A program made the position numbers and the translations under genes. The notes beneath the pieces were generated by a model. The model did no database searches, was not told the DNA's origin, and saw nothing but the letters and a program-made list of their open reading frames with translations. From an uncultured delta proteobacterium (GTDB taxonomy: Bacteria > Myxococcota_A > Polyangia > Polyangiales > Houyiibacteriaceae), in NCBI GenBank assembly GCA_963753395.1, contig CAVWBW010000013.1, positions 584,686 to 648,685 on the forward strand: a DNA stretch of 64,000 bases, in the 5' to 3' direction. Below, in pieces: positions 34,929 to 45,585 of this stretch (positions within the stretch are counted from its first letter, which is position 1; the number at the start of each line of letters is the position of its first letter).

Positions 34929-36602
34929 GTGATCGAGACCACGACGGGAACGCCACGTTGGGTCCTTGCTTTCACGCTCGCCGCAGCGGCAGCGAGCGCT
35001 TGCGCAACGACTCAACCCCAGCCCACAGCAATCGCAGAGAAGGCCCCGGCCCCGGCCGAGCCCCCGTCGCAAGCTTCGGTGGCCCCGAAGCTCGTCGTCC
35101 TGATCGTGCTCGACCAGTTCGGCTCCTGGGTGTTGAACGAGCACCTGCCTCTTTTGCCGAGCAACAGCGTGATTCGACGCGCCTACGAGGACGGCGCATT
35201 TCACACCGCAGAGTTCCCCTACGCCTCGACGCAGACAGCGCCAGGTCACGCGTCGCTTGCAACCGGCGTGACCCCTTCAAAGCACGGAATTGTTGCCAAC
35301 GCGATCTATGACCCCGTGACCGGTTCGCGTCGCACTGTCGACGACGGGAAGCACGCGGTCCTCGGCAACGCCGAGCGCTTCGTCAGCCCAACGCAACTGC
35401 ACGCACAAACGGTGGCCGACATCTTGTCCGAGCACACCGCAGGATCAGCGCGCATCGTTGGGATCTCGATGAAAGGGCGCTCCGCGGTCTTGCCGGTCGG
35501 ACAGAAACCAAGCGCAGCCGTGTTCTACGACGCGGTCACACACGGGATGACGACATCGACCTTCTACGCGCCCAAGGGTCGCCTGCCCGAATGGCTTCGC
35601 GACTTCAACAAGGCGAATCCAGTGGAGCCCCTGCTACAAACATGGGAGCCCGAAGATCCAGCGCGGTGGGAGCAGCACTTCGGGCAAGACGATCGCCCGG
35701 GAGAGATGTACCCGGCGTTTCCTCACGACCCGCGCCAAGCGGCCGACCCATGGTATGCGTTCTCGGGAACACCCGAGTCGAGCGAGTACCTGATCGCGGC
35801 CGCATACGCCGCGGTCAAAGCCGAGCGCATGGGCATGGACGAAGTGCCGGACTTCCTCTCGCTGAGCATCTCGGGTACCGACATCGTGGGCCACGTGTGG
35901 GGTGCCCGATCGTGGGAGTACGCCGACAATCTGGCACGTATCGACCGGGCGCTAACGCGGTTCGTGCACCTACTGGAGGCGCGCGGCCCCGTCGCGTTCG
36001 TGCTCACCGCCGATCACGGAGTCGCCGACCTGCCAGAGCGGGCGCAAGCCGAGGGCGGATCGGGCGGCCGACTGCAAGCGCAAGTACTGCTCGACGAAGC
36101 GGAGCGGGCCGCAGACGAAGCACTTGGTTCGGGCGATTGGATCGCGGGCTACGTCTCGCCGCTGCTCAGCTACACGGCGGCCGGCAAAGCGCGCCACGAG
36201 GATCTGACACACGTGTTGGAGAAGGCGATGCCGTCAGTACAGGGCGTACGAGCCGTCTACGACGCACGCGACGGCGCAACGCTTCGCGCGAGCGACCGGC
36301 GAATCGAGCGTTTGGTCGGCGCCAATCTCCCCGATGATCCGCCCGGCGATCTCTATCTCGTTCCCGAACCCGGTTGGTTCGACGCCCTCTCGGAGAAGGG
36401 CGGCACGAACCACGGGACACCGTGGGACTACGATCGCCAGGTCCCTGTATTGATGTGGGGAACGGCCATCGAGCGGCGCACCGGCAACGACGTACTGAAC
36501 GTGCTGCGTGTTGCAACGACACTGGCCGCCCTGCTCGATATTCCGCCACCGCCGGAGGCGCCGAAATCTCCTCTCCCGGGTGTCATGCGGCTCCCCGATT
36601 GA
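34929..36602 (+). CDS. Alkaline-phosphatase-superfamily enzyme (nucleotide pyrophosphatase/phosphodiesterase-type), lipoprotein
   Basis: GTG start and a lipobox-like AASAC. Contains VVLIVLDQFG, TQTAPGHASLATGVTPSKHG, GTDIVGH and TADHG motifs. Confidence 0.75.
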   Translation: MIETTTGTPRWVLAFTLAAAAASACATTQPQPTAIAEKAPAPAEPPSQASVAPKLVVLIVLDQFGSWVLNEHLPLLPSNSVIRRAYEDGAFHTAEFPYASTQTAPGHASLATGVTPSKHGIVANAIYDPVTGSRRTVDDGKHAVLGNAERFVSPTQLHAQTVADILSEHTAGSARIVGISMKGRSAVLPVGQKPSAAVFYDAVTHGMTTSTFYAPKGRLPEWLRDFNKANPVEPLLQTWEPEDPARWEQHFGQDDRPGEMYPAFPHDPRQAADPWYAFSGTPESSEYLIAAAYAAVKAERMGMDEVPDFLSLSISGTDIVGHVWGARSWEYADNLARIDRALTRFVHLLEARGPVAFVLTADHGVADLPERAQAEGGSGGRLQAQVLLDEAERAADEALGSGDWIAGYVSPLLSYTAAGKARHEDLTHVLEKAMPSVQGVRAVYDARDGATLRASDRRIERLVGANLPDDPPGDLYLVPEPGWFDALSEKGGTNHGTPWDYDRQVPVLMWGTAIERRTGNDVLNVLRVATTLAALLDIPPPPEAPKSPLPGVMRLPD

Positions 36603-36615
36603 GTATGCTCCAGCC

Positions 36616-36876
36616 ATGAAGCTTGCAGTTGCGATTGGGAAGGTCGCCGTGTTGGCGGGGTGGATGTGGGGACTGCTCTCCTTCATGTTGCCCACCACCG
36701 TGCCTGAGCCCGAGATCGGCCGAATGGTGTTCCTTGGACTCCTGGCTGTACATGCCGCGGAGGCATTCATCTTTGCGAAGACGCTTGCGTCCGAGGACGG
36801 GGCCCCGGTCGGTGGTCACGCAGGGAAGCTTCTCATCTTCGGCTACTTCCACGTCATGGGCGTTCGGTACGGCTGA
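36616..36876 (+). CDS. Small membrane protein (DUF1145-like, weak)
   Basis: 86 aa from MKLAVAIGKVAVLAGWMWG, with three hydrophobic segments. Confidence 0.45.
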   Translation: MKLAVAIGKVAVLAGWMWGLLSFMLPTTVPEPEIGRMVFLGLLAVHAAEAFIFAKTLASEDGAPVGGHAGKLLIFGYFHVMGVRYG

Positions 36877-37154
36877 TGGGGCAGAAGCGAATCCACCTGT
36901 TCGTGCGCGGCCGCGTCCAAGGCGTTTACTTTCGCGCGACCGCACAACGCGAGGCGCGGCAACACGGCCTGAGCGGCTGGGTGAAGAACCGCCAGGATGG
37001 CTCCGTCGAGATCGTCGCTGAGGGCGAAGAAGACGACGTGAAGGACTTCCTCTCCTGGGCGCACGCTGGCCCATCCACGGCTCGCGTGGATGACGTGGAA
37101 GTGCGCTGGCGAAGCTATACCGGCGAATACACCGACTTCCGCATCACCAGGTGA
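36876..37154 (+). CDS. acyP: Acylphosphatase
   Basis: RIHLFVRGRVQGVYFRATAQREARQHGLSGWVKNRQDGSVEIVAEG. The ATG overlaps the upstream stop. Confidence 0.9.
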   Translation: MGQKRIHLFVRGRVQGVYFRATAQREARQHGLSGWVKNRQDGSVEIVAEGEEDDVKDFLSWAHAGPSTARVDDVEVRWRSYTGEYTDFRITR

Positions 37155-37156
37155 CG

Positions 37157-37981
37157 CTATTCGGCGGGCTGTGCGCTACCGGAAGCCAGCGCAGAAGTAG
37201 CTGTCGAGCGCGGCGCGGCGCCGGGCGGCCGATAGATGATGCCCTCGGGCACGTCGTCGTAGTCGACCGTAGGCGAGCGGTAGGTTCCGACCAGTCGATC
37301 CCAGAACGTGAAATACTGGCCTAGATTGAAGTCGCTGTACCAGTGGTGAAGCGTGTGATGGTCTGTGTAGTTGAGCCACGGCCATCGAAAGAAGCTCACG
37401 CGGTCGTGAATGCAGACGGCCCACAGGGTCACGAAGGTGACCGAGGCCACGTACACGCCGGCATGAACCGGGAAGAAGAACGCGGCGATGTGGTGCGGGA
37501 CAGCCTGGAGGAACGAGTCCATCGGATTGAATGACAGCGCAGAGTACGGTTGCGGGACCTTGTATTTGTGATGACGCTCGTGGATGTATTTCCAAAGAAA
37601 CGGCGACTTATGAAACGCCCAATGCGTCCAATAGATGAGGGTCTCCGTAAACACGAGCAACAGCACCACTTGGCCGAACATCCAAGCCCAGCCGTGATCC
37701 GCCACGTCGTAGTACATCTTCGAATAGTCCTTGGCGATGAGCAGGTGGATCGGGAGCATCAGCAGGCCGTTGCCGACGATGCCGATGACGACCCACTTGA
37801 TCGCGGACTTCATCTCCCTGCGGTCGAGCTCATAGGTCGGATGGAAACGATTCTTGAACTTCTTGAAGTAGAGGAAGTAGGCGATGCTCGCGATGGAGAA
37901 AAAGTAGAGCATCCCGCCGCCGGCAAAGACGAGGAACATGACGGCCGGTGTGTCCGGCAAACCCAAAAGCTTCGCAATCAC
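37157..37981 (-). CDS. Fatty acid hydroxylase superfamily protein (sterol desaturase / C-4 methyl oxidase-like, ERG3/ERG25 family)
   Basis: Three His boxes: HWAFH, HERHHKY and HHTLHHWY, plus several TM helices. The start is uncertain: GTG 37981 is chosen, ATG 37939 and the ORF maximum 38131 are also possible. Confidence 0.75.
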   Translation of the reverse strand: MIAKLLGLPDTPAVMFLVFAGGGMLYFFSIASIAYFLYFKKFKNRFHPTYELDRREMKSAIKWVVIGIVGNGLLMLPIHLLIAKDYSKMYYDVADHGWAWMFGQVVLLLVFTETLIYWTHWAFHKSPFLWKYIHERHHKYKVPQPYSALSFNPMDSFLQAVPHHIAAFFFPVHAGVYVASVTFVTLWAVCIHDRVSFFRWPWLNYTDHHTLHHWYSDFNLGQYFTFWDRLVGTYRSPTVDYDDVPEGIIYRPPGAAPRSTATSALASGSAQPAE

Positions 37982-38224
37982 AGGCCGGTTAATATCCCTA
38001 ACGCGCGCGTTGTAAAGAGATTGGCCTGTGGCCCACAACGCCGGAGGTGTCCGAAAACACGAGCTTTTCTCGCTATTGAGGACTTTGGACGACCGTTCAC
38101 TTCCGCCTCGATACCGTTCACCCCACCTCAATGACCGTTCAGCCGGTTTTTCGGATCAAGGCTCCTGATGAACCTACATTCCGGTCCTGAGAGGGGCGCG
38201 CATTCGCGCCTGTAGGAGAGAGCT

Positions 38225-39214
38225 TTGGGCGAGAACTTCCGTTTTCCCGGAATCCCGGTGGGCTGGTACGCGATCTCGACCTCAGACGAGGTCAAGGCAG
38301 GTCAGGTGCATACCGTGAAGTACTTCGGCGAAGAGCTGATCCTGTACCGTACCGAGTCAGGTCAAGTGCATCTGACGGAGGCATATTGCCCGCATTTGGG
38401 AGCGCACCTCGGCTCAGGAACGGTGCAGGGCGAAAATCTGCGCTGCTCGTTTCATGGCTTCGAGTTCGGCGGGGACGGTCGATGTGTCCGCACCGCGTAC
38501 GGCAAGGGCGTGCCCCGCAAAGCCAAGCTGAAGACCTGGGCGATTCGAGAGCACAATGGCTACGTCTTCGCGTGGTACCACCCCGAAAAAAAGCACCCCG
38601 AGTGGGAAGTTCCCGTGCTTCCAGGCCCATCCGAGGGCTGGACCGCATTCCGGACTCGCGCGATATCCGTGAAGAGCCATCCGCAAGAAACCAGTGAAAA
38701 TAGCGTCGACACAGGCCACTTCATCCAGGTTCATGGATTTGGAGACGCGTGGAACGAGGGCGACCTCGAAATCGACGGACATCTGCTGAAGGGCGCCTAC
38801 GGCATTCAGTACCCCCTTGGCGACAAGCTCAAGTTCATCGCGAAGTTCAACGTCGAGGTTCACGGCTTAGGCTACTCGCTCGTCCGCGTGCGGCTCGAAC
38901 GATTCCGCATCGAGATCAATTTGCTCGTCCTATCGAGCCCGGTGGACCACGAGAACATCATCTTGCGCACCGCCGCCTCGGCGAAGCACTGGGGTGCCCT
39001 GCCGATCACGAATCTGCTGCGAGAGGCTGCCTCCTGGGGCCTCAACCGAGAGGTCGGCCAGGACGCTCCGTTCTGGGAGACCAAGCGCTACGTCGAGAAG
39101 CCCATTCTTGCGGAAGGCGACGGGCCGATCGGCGAGTACCGACGCTACTGCAAGCAATTCTACCCGCAGCCAGCCGAAGCCAAGACCGCAAAGCTCCCCG
39201 TCGTCGCCGCCTAA
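38225..39214 (+). CDS. Rieske [2Fe-2S] non-heme-iron oxygenase (KshA / Neverland-like architecture)
   Basis: Rieske motif CPHLGAHLG-x-CSFHGFEF. Mononuclear iron motif ENSVDTGHFIQVH (Ex3Dx2Hx4H). TTG start, uncertain. Confidence 0.8.
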   Translation: MGENFRFPGIPVGWYAISTSDEVKAGQVHTVKYFGEELILYRTESGQVHLTEAYCPHLGAHLGSGTVQGENLRCSFHGFEFGGDGRCVRTAYGKGVPRKAKLKTWAIREHNGYVFAWYHPEKKHPEWEVPVLPGPSEGWTAFRTRAISVKSHPQETSENSVDTGHFIQVHGFGDAWNEGDLEIDGHLLKGAYGIQYPLGDKLKFIAKFNVEVHGLGYSLVRVRLERFRIEINLLVLSSPVDHENIILRTAASAKHWGALPITNLLREAASWGLNREVGQDAPFWETKRYVEKPILAEGDGPIGEYRRYCKQFYPQPAEAKTAKLPVVAA

Positions 39215-39297
39215 CCGGGGACATGCTCCTCCGCTAATAGCGGAATGATTTCATCTATTTAGAGACCATGCCGCGAATCTTCCGCCGCGGCGGTTGG

Positions 39298-39648
39298 CTA
39301 CTGGCTGATGATCTGTGCCCATTTAGCCATGCGACCTTGAAGCTCACCCTCGAGGTGGGCGTTGATCAGACCGAAGTTTTCGCATTGATGGGTCGCCAAC
39401 ATCATCATGTGGATGAAGCGATCTTGGCGCCTGAGCGCGTCGAGCTGGTCCGCGCTTCCGCGGATCAGAATGAACCCATTGAGATCTCCGCCATTCGGAT
39501 CGAAGAGAACCGGCTCGTAGCTCTCAATCGCGCCGTCCTTTTGCAGGGTGCCGTAGTACTCGAGGGTCTGCCCGAAGAGCGACAGAGCCTGCTGTTCCCG
39601 GCCCGGAACCACACGGTCCCACGTAAGTACGAGTGCTGCATCGGCCAT
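39298..39648 (-). CDS. Small hypothetical protein (116 aa)
   Basis: Starts MADAALVLTWDRV. Composition is better than that of the antisense ORF 39268-39666. Confidence 0.45.
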   Translation of the reverse strand: MADAALVLTWDRVVPGREQQALSLFGQTLEYYGTLQKDGAIESYEPVLFDPNGGDLNGFILIRGSADQLDALRRQDRFIHMMMLATHQCENFGLINAHLEGELQGRMAKWAQIISQ

Positions 39649-39833
39649 GGTCTTGCTCCTTTGTGATGGCGAGCGCCCGCCGCCCGCCAAAGGATCTCGT
39701 ACGCTACGCCTCGAACACGTTTCTCGATATACGCAATTGTTCTCGTTCAGAGTCCGCAAATGGGGGCCCCGGGTGCGGCGGCGCGTAAGTCCGATGACCT
39801 CTCGGGTCATGGACGCTGGGCAGGATCGCCGCG

Positions 39834-40235
39834 ATGATGAGCCGGAGGCTGAACATGACGGAAACCCTGATCACAGCGCTAATGCTCGTCGTGGCCGCAA
39901 TCCATCTGCTGCCGATCACCGGCTTCTTTGGCGTTCGGCGTCTGTCCGCGCTCTACGGGATCGACGTCGACAGTCCCGATCTGGAGATGCTCATGCGGCA
40001 CCGGGCGGTGCTCTTTGGTATCCTCGGTGCGTTCTTCGCGTACGCGGCGTTCGTCCAAGCCCTGCAGCCAATCGCGTTCGTAGGCGCCTCGGTGAGCCTA
40101 GGGACTTTCTTCTACCTAGCGGTCGCGGTTGGCAACTACGGGAGGCCGGTCCGCAAGATCGTGCTCGTCGACGTAGTAGCGGTCGCGTGTCTTACGGCCG
40201 CAGTCCTACTCCATGCTTTCGGGAACGCTCTTTGA
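39834..40235 (+). CDS. Hypothetical membrane protein (133 aa)
   Basis: Four hydrophobic segments (ALMLVVAAIHLLPITGFFG and others). Confidence 0.5.
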   Translation: MMSRRLNMTETLITALMLVVAAIHLLPITGFFGVRRLSALYGIDVDSPDLEMLMRHRAVLFGILGAFFAYAAFVQALQPIAFVGASVSLGTFFYLAVAVGNYGRPVRKIVLVDVVAVACLTAAVLLHAFGNAL

Positions 40236-40255
40236 GCGCGCCTGGCTGACGCAGC

Positions 40256-40732
40256 CTAGTCGAGGAACTCGATCAACGACATCGGGGCGTTGTCACCGCG
40301 CCGGTGGTTGACCTTGATCACGCGGGTGTAGCCGCCGCCCTTGTTCTCTTTGGCGCGCTCGAGGTAGCGCGGCGCAATGTCGGTGAAGAGTTTGTGGATG
40401 AGGTCGACCTCTTCCACCGTGCCATCAGAGTTGGTCTTCACGAGCTGCTTCGGGAGGAAGCGCGCGACCTCGCGGCGCGCGTGGAGACGGCGCGACAAGA
40501 CGCGCTCTCGCTCGGCCTCGTCTTTGATCTTCGCCACGTCGATCGTCAGATCGTCACCAAGTCGAAGGGCCTTCGTGACGAGTCGCTCTGCGATGCGGCG
40601 TAGCTCCTTCGCCTTCGCGTCCGTCGTCTTGATTTGTTCGTGCAAAACCAGATTGCCGGCCATGTTCCTGAACATGGCTCGGCGATGACTGGTATTGCGC
40701 CCGAACTTTCTGCCTGCCTTTTGATGCCTCAT
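40256..40732 (-). CDS. rplQ: 50S ribosomal protein L17
   Basis: [24 protein letters not shown]. It is the last gene of the alpha operon. Confidence 0.95.
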   Translation of the reverse strand: MRHQKAGRKFGRNTSHRRAMFRNMAGNLVLHEQIKTTDAKAKELRRIAERLVTKALRLGDDLTIDVAKIKDEAERERVLSRRLHARREVARFLPKQLVKTNSDGTVEEVDLIHKLFTDIAPRYLERAKENKGGGYTRVIKVNHRRGDNAPMSLIEFLD

Positions 40733-40764
40733 GACGACCTACCCGCGACCCATCTCTAGATACG

Positions 40765-41787
40765 TTATTGGCTGGCCTGCTGCGTCTTCCAGCGCTCGAG
40801 CATCTGCGACCAGTTGTCGATCTGCATGCCGAGTGAAAGACCCATGTCAGCCAGGATTTCTTTAATTTCTTTGAGTGACTTGCGCCCAAAGTTCTTCGTC
40901 TTGAGCATCTCACCCTCGCTCTTCTGCACGAGCTCGCCAATCAGCTTGATGTTGGCGTTCTGTAAGCAGTTGGCGGAGCGGACCGAGAGCTCGAGCTCGT
41001 CGACCGAGCGGAAGAGATTGTCGTTGAGGGGCTCTTCGGAGCTGGATTCCTCAACCGGCTCGTCGTGCTCTTCGAAGTTGATGAAGATGGTGAGCTGGTC
41101 CTTGAGGATCTTGGCAGCGTACGCGACCGCATCAGCCGGCTTCACAGCACCGTTCGTCCACACCTCGAGAGTGAGCTTGTCGTAGTCGGTGATCTGACCG
41201 ACGCGAGCGTTGGTCACGGTGTAGTTCACCTTGCGGATCGGCGAGAACAACGAGTCGATGGCAATCGTGCCGATCGGGATTCCCGCCGTCTTATTCCGGT
41301 CGGCCGGGACGTAGCCGTGGCCGACGTTGATGGTGAGCTCAGCCGCGAAACGGCCATCGTTCGAGATCGTGCAGATCTTGTGATCCGGGTTGAGGATCTC
41401 GATCTGGTCGCTGACCTGGATATCACCTGCGGTGACGACGCCGGGGCCCTCCTTCTCGATCCGAACGGTCTGCGTCCGAGCCGTGTGGGAGCGAACCACG
41501 ACCTCTTTGAAGTTGAGCACCATTTCCGTGACGTCTTCGACGACGTCCGGAACAGAGGTGAACTCGTGGAGCGCGCCGTCGATCTTGACGGCGGTGATTG
41601 CGGCCCCCTGGAGCGAGGACAGCAACACGCGACGCAGCGAGTTACCAAGCGTAATTCCGAAGCCTCGCTCGAGCGGCTCCACGACGAACTTGCCGTAGGT
41701 GTCGCTCAGAGACTCCTGATCAACCGGAACATTCCTGGGGCGAATGAGCTCTCGCCAATTGCGCGCGACTAGGGTGGGACTCGTCAT
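40765..41787 (-). CDS. rpoA: DNA-directed RNA polymerase alpha subunit
   Basis: About 340 aa. Contains [12 protein letters not shown], and a C-terminal domain with [11 protein letters not shown]...IGELV...NFGRKSL.EI. Confidence 0.95.
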   Translation of the reverse strand: MTSPTLVARNWRELIRPRNVPVDQESLSDTYGKFVVEPLERGFGITLGNSLRRVLLSSLQGAAITAVKIDGALHEFTSVPDVVEDVTEMVLNFKEVVVRSHTARTQTVRIEKEGPGVVTAGDIQVSDQIEILNPDHKICTISNDGRFAAELTINVGHGYVPADRNKTAGIPIGTIAIDSLFSPIRKVNYTVTNARVGQITDYDKLTLEVWTNGAVKPADAVAYAAKILKDQLTIFINFEEHDEPVEESSSEEPLNDNLFRSVDELELSVRSANCLQNANIKLIGELVQKSEGEMLKTKNFGRKSLKEIKEILADMGLSLGMQIDNWSQMLERWKTQQASQ

Positions 41788-41805
41788 CAATTGCCTCCGC
41801 AGCCT

Positions 41806-42207
41806 TTAGACACGCCGCCGCTTCGGCGGGCGGCAACCATTGTGGGGAATCGGGGTCACGTCGCGAAGCAGGGTTACCCGCATGCCAACGTTCTGAAATG
41901 CGCGAAGCGCGGACTCACGGCCCGCACCCGGGCCCTTCACGAAAATAGCGATCGTCTTCATGCCGACGTCCTGCGCTTTGCGCGCGGCGTCCTCAGCAGC
42001 GAGCTGAGCGGCAAACGGTGTGCTCTTGCGCGAGCCTTTGAAGCCGCGCGCACCAGCCGTCGACCACGAGACGACATCACCTTCGAGGTCGGTGATGGTC
42101 ACGATCGTGTTGTTGAAGGTCGACTGGATGTGAGCGATCCCGCTCGTCACGCTCTTCTTGACCTTCTTCTTCTTGCCCTTGGTGGACTTTGCTTTCGCCT
42201 TCGCCAT
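41806..42207 (-). CDS. rpsK: 30S ribosomal protein S11
   Basis: [19 protein letters not shown]...[20 protein letters not shown]. Confidence 0.95.
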   Translation of the reverse strand: MAKAKAKSTKGKKKKVKKSVTSGIAHIQSTFNNTIVTITDLEGDVVSWSTAGARGFKGSRKSTPFAAQLAAEDAARKAQDVGMKTIAIFVKGPGAGRESALRAFQNVGMRVTLLRDVTPIPHNGCRPPKRRRV

Positions 42208-42212
42208 GATTC

Positions 42213-42581
42213 TTAGCGCTTTCTAGCCATTGCACCGCGCTTTGGGCCCTTGCGGGTACGCGCGTTGGTGTGAGTTCGCTGGCCGCGAACAGGAAGGCCG
42301 CGCCGGTGACGGAGCCCACGGTAGCAACCGAGATCCATCAATCGCTTGATGTGCATGTTGACCTCGCGACGAAGGTCACCCTCGACCTTGAAGTTCTGGT
42401 CGATGCATTCGCGAATCCTCTTGACGTCTGTGTCGTCGAGATCCTCGGCGCGTTTGCTCTCCGGAATCCCCGAGACCTCACAGATGTGCTTCGCGTGATG
42501 CGGACCGATCCCGAAGATGTATTGCAGCGCAATCACCGTGTGTTTCCGACCTGGAAGGTCGATACCTGCGATACGGGCCAT
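42213..42581 (-). CDS. rpsM: 30S ribosomal protein S13
   Basis: [26 protein letters not shown]. Confidence 0.95.
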   Translation of the reverse strand: MARIAGIDLPGRKHTVIALQYIFGIGPHHAKHICEVSGIPESKRAEDLDDTDVKRIRECIDQNFKVEGDLRREVNMHIKRLMDLGCYRGLRHRRGLPVRGQRTHTNARTRKGPKRGAMARKR

Positions 42582-42587
42582 TTACTC

Positions 42588-42701
42588 TTATCCTTGCCGT
42601 TGCTTGTGGCGGGGGTTGTCACACAAGACACGCACAACACCCTTGCGGCGCACGATCTTGCACTTCTCACAAATTTTTCTGACGCTTGGTCGAACCTTCA
42701 T
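42588..42701 (-). CDS. rpmJ: 50S ribosomal protein L36
   Basis: Not in the ORF track because it is under 60 aa. My translation of the minus strand is [37 protein letters not shown]. The ATG overlaps the infA stop. Confidence 0.9.
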   Translation of the reverse strand: MKVRPSVRKICEKCKIVRRKGVVRVLCDNPRHKQRQG

Positions 42702-42910
42702 GTCTGCCTCTCTTTGATTCGTCCTCTCGTCGGGTCGTAGGGGGATATCTCAACCGTCACACCATCTCCGGGGAGCAGCTTCACCGTGACCCACCTGGCC
42801 TTGTTCGAAACCGACGCGGTGATCTCTTCTCCGCCGTCAAGCCTCACTCGGTAAAGCGCCCTCGGTAGCACCGCTTGGATGGTGCCGCGGGCGGTTTTCG
42901 ATTCAGTCAT
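42698..42910 (-). CDS. infA: Translation initiation factor IF-1
   Basis: 70 aa with an S1-like fold pattern: G.I..VLP.ALYRV.L..G.......S.K......K.LPGD.V.VE.SPYD.TRGRI. Confidence 0.85.
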   Translation of the reverse strand: MTESKTARGTIQAVLPRALYRVRLDGGEEITASVSNKARWVTVKLLPGDGVTVEISPYDPTRGRIKERQT

Positions 42911-42916
42911 CCCTCG

Positions 42917-43567
42917 TTACTCGACCCCAATCGCTTTCCTAATCCGTTTCGTGATTTCTTCTAATGTTCCGACACCTTGCACGCTCTCTACGACGCCTTT
43001 TGCGTCGTAGTGGGCGAGCACCGGTTCGGTCTTCGCTTTGTATTCCTCGAACCGCTTCCGGACGACCTCCTCCGTGTCGTCCGAACGCTGCACAATCTTG
43101 CTCCCCCCACAAGAGACACACGCTCCGTTTTGGGGCGGCGGAGTATAGCGGACGTGGTAGGTCTGTCCACAGTCCAAACAAACCCTCCTGCCAGTCACTC
43201 GATCGACGATGTCGTCGAGCGGAACGTCGAGGGAAACCACCTTGTCGATACGGCGGCCGAGCTTGGCAAGAAGGCTATCGAGGGCCTCCGCCTGTGCCAC
43301 CGTTCGCGGGTAACCATCGAAGATCGCTCCGTTTTTCGCGTCTTCCTGCTTGAGGCGCTGATCGATGAGGTCGAGGACGAGACTGTCTGGCACCAACTTT
43401 CCGGCCGACATGTACTCGTCGAACTGCTTCCCGAGCTCCGAGCCCGATTTGCGCTCAGCCCGCATCATGTCGCCCGTCGAGATTTGAGGGACTCCCAACA
43501 GCTCGATCAGAAACTTTGCCTGGGTGCCCTTCCCTGCGCCGGGCGGTCCGAAAAGAAGTAGGTCCAT
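42917..43567 (-). CDS. adk: Adenylate kinase (long form with a Zn-type lid)
   Basis: Start at [17 protein letters not shown]. The lid has CLDCGQTYH...CVSCGG. Confidence 0.95.
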   Translation of the reverse strand: MDLLLFGPPGAGKGTQAKFLIELLGVPQISTGDMMRAERKSGSELGKQFDEYMSAGKLVPDSLVLDLIDQRLKQEDAKNGAIFDGYPRTVAQAEALDSLLAKLGRRIDKVVSLDVPLDDIVDRVTGRRVCLDCGQTYHVRYTPPPQNGACVSCGGSKIVQRSDDTEEVVRKRFEEYKAKTEPVLAHYDAKGVVESVQGVGTLEEITKRIRKAIGVE

Positions 43568-44892
43568 TACGCGTTCCTCGCTCGGATACGGGAGCCCTTG
43601 CTCCCGGTGAGGCCTTCGTAGTGGCGAGTGATGAGGTGGCTCTCCACCTGTTGCGCAAAGTCGAGTGCGACGCCAACGACGATCATCAACGAGGTGCCAC
43701 CGAGATAGAACGGTACGTTCCAGCGAGCCTGAAGCAGGGTCGGAACCGTGACGACGGCCGCAACATAGAGCGCGCCGCCGACGGTGATGCGGGTGAGCAC
43801 GGCGTCGATGTACTCGGCCGTTGCCTTGCCAGGGCGCACGCCCGGAATGAATGCGCTCTGCTTCTTGAGGTTCTCCGCCACGTCCACCGGTTGGAAAGTG
43901 ATCGCCGTATAGAAGAAGCAGAAGAAGATCGTCATTGCCGCGAACACGACGATGTACACCCATCCGCCTGGCACGAGGTTGTTACTGATCCATCGCATCG
44001 CGTCAGAGAGGTACGGGATGTTGGTGCCCGCCAAGGTGACGGGGAACATCATCAAGGACGAAGTGAAGATCGGCGGGATGACACCAGCCATGTTCACGCG
44101 AAGAGGCAGATGCGACTGCTGCCCGCCGTACATCTTTCTTCCGATCATCCGTTTCGCATACGTGATCGGCAGCCGACGCTGGGCACGCTCGAAGAAGACG
44201 ATGAATGCCGTCGTCCCGAGAGCAATGACCACGAGCAGCATCAGGTCGATTGGCTGGAGCTCGCCGAGCTTGAATTGCTCGATGGTCATGAACAGGGCGT
44301 CGGGCAGATTGGCCACAATACCGGCGAAAATGATTAGCGAAATGCCGTTTCCAAGCCCCCGTTCGGTGATCTGCTCGCCGAGCCACATCAGGAACGAAGT
44401 ACCCGTCGTCAGCGCGAGAACGGTCATTAGACGGAACGCCCACCCGGGGTTGTGAACGATGTCGCCCGAGGTGGAGCTCTCGTTCCACCCTTCCCAGAGC
44501 ATGGCAAGACCCATGCTCTGGAAGATGCTCAGCCCGACCGTACCGTACCGCGTGTATTGATTGATCTTCCGCTGCCCGGCTTCGCCTTCTTTGCGAAGCT
44601 CCATGAGCGAGGGCACCACCACCGTCATGAGCGACAAGATGATGCTGGCCGACACGTACGGCATGATGTTGAGCGCGAAAATCGACGCCTGCTCGAGTGC
44701 ACCACCTGAGAACAGGTTGAACATGCTCAAGAAGCCGCCCGACTGCCCGGCCACGTACTTGCGCATGGCCATACGATCGACGCCGGGGGTCGTGACGAAG
44801 ATCCCGATGCGGTAGATCGCGATCATCCCCAGCGTGAAGAGGATGCGGCGACGAAGCTCGGGGATTCGAAAGATGTTCGCGACGGTGCTCAT
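43567..44892 (-). CDS. secY: Preprotein translocase subunit SecY
   Basis: 441 aa, 10-TM pattern, at the canonical position between rplO and adk. Confidence 0.95.
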   Translation of the reverse strand: MSTVANIFRIPELRRRILFTLGMIAIYRIGIFVTTPGVDRMAMRKYVAGQSGGFLSMFNLFSGGALEQASIFALNIMPYVSASIILSLMTVVVPSLMELRKEGEAGQRKINQYTRYGTVGLSIFQSMGLAMLWEGWNESSTSGDIVHNPGWAFRLMTVLALTTGTSFLMWLGEQITERGLGNGISLIIFAGIVANLPDALFMTIEQFKLGELQPIDLMLLVVIALGTTAFIVFFERAQRRLPITYAKRMIGRKMYGGQQSHLPLRVNMAGVIPPIFTSSLMMFPVTLAGTNIPYLSDAMRWISNNLVPGGWVYIVVFAAMTIFFCFFYTAITFQPVDVAENLKKQSAFIPGVRPGKATAEYIDAVLTRITVGGALYVAAVVTVPTLLQARWNVPFYLGGTSLMIVVGVALDFAQQVESHLITRHYEGLTGSKGSRIRARNA

Positions 44893-44910
44893 GGAGTCTA
44901 CGGGCTTTCG

Positions 44911-45390
44911 TTAGGGGGCAGGCGTTCCAACTAGCTCGACTGTGCCACCCGCACTCTCGATCTTCTGAGTGGCAGTCGCGCTCGCGGCGTGAACCTTGAC
45001 GGTGAGAGCCCGGTCGAGCTCGCCATCACCAAGAACCTTAATCATGTCGACTTTTCGCTTGATGAGGCCAGCTTCTCGCAGAGCCGCTTCGTCGACGGTC
45101 GCGCCCGCATCAAAGCGCAGAAGGTCCTTCACGTTGATGGTGCCGACCTTCTTACTGAAGGGGTTGTGAAAGCCGCGCTTCGGAATGCGACGGTAGAGCG
45201 GCATCTGCCCACCCTCGAATCCGAGCTTGCTGAAGTTGCCGGGATGACGGGCTTTTTGGCCCTTTTGACCGTGCCCAGCTGTCTTGCCGAGGCCCGAGCC
45301 CGGGCCTCGCCCCTTGCGTCGCTTGCCGCGCACGGCGCCCTCCGAGGGGCGGAGCCGGGAAAGGATCGGTGTTTCGTTTTGGTCACTCAT
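44911..45390 (-). CDS. rplO: 50S ribosomal protein L15
   Basis: L.P..GA.R.KRRKGRG.GSGLGKTAGHGQKGQKAR. Confidence 0.9.
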   Translation of the reverse strand: MSDQNETPILSRLRPSEGAVRGKRRKGRGPGSGLGKTAGHGQKGQKARHPGNFSKLGFEGGQMPLYRRIPKRGFHNPFSKKVGTINVKDLLRFDAGATVDEAALREAGLIKRKVDMIKVLGDGELDRALTVKVHAASATATQKIESAGGTVELVGTPAP

Positions 45391-45574
45391 TGACTTCCTC
45401 AACTTCGACGAGGTGGAGTACCTTCTTGACCATTCCGCGGAAGGCCGGGGTGTTTTCGACCACGACCTCGGTATTGGGGCCGCGCAGGCCGAGACCCTTG
45501 AGGACCCGCCGCTGGCGTTCCATGCGGCCGATTTCGCTCTTGATCTGGGTCACTTTGAGTTTGCTCGCGCTCAT
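45383..45574 (-). CDS. rpmD: 50S ribosomal protein L30
   Basis: KLKVTQIKSEIGRMERQRRVLKGLGLR. Confidence 0.9.
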   Translation of the reverse strand: MSASKLKVTQIKSEIGRMERQRRVLKGLGLRGPNTEVVVENTPAFRGMVKKVLHLVEVEEVNE

Positions 45575-45585
45575 GACTGCCTCTC

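Noticed and set aside
39268-39666. 132-aa plus-strand ORF.
   Set aside because: It is antisense to the 116-aa minus-strand ORF, which has the better composition and a clean ATG. Neither has recognisable motifs, so this choice is tentative.
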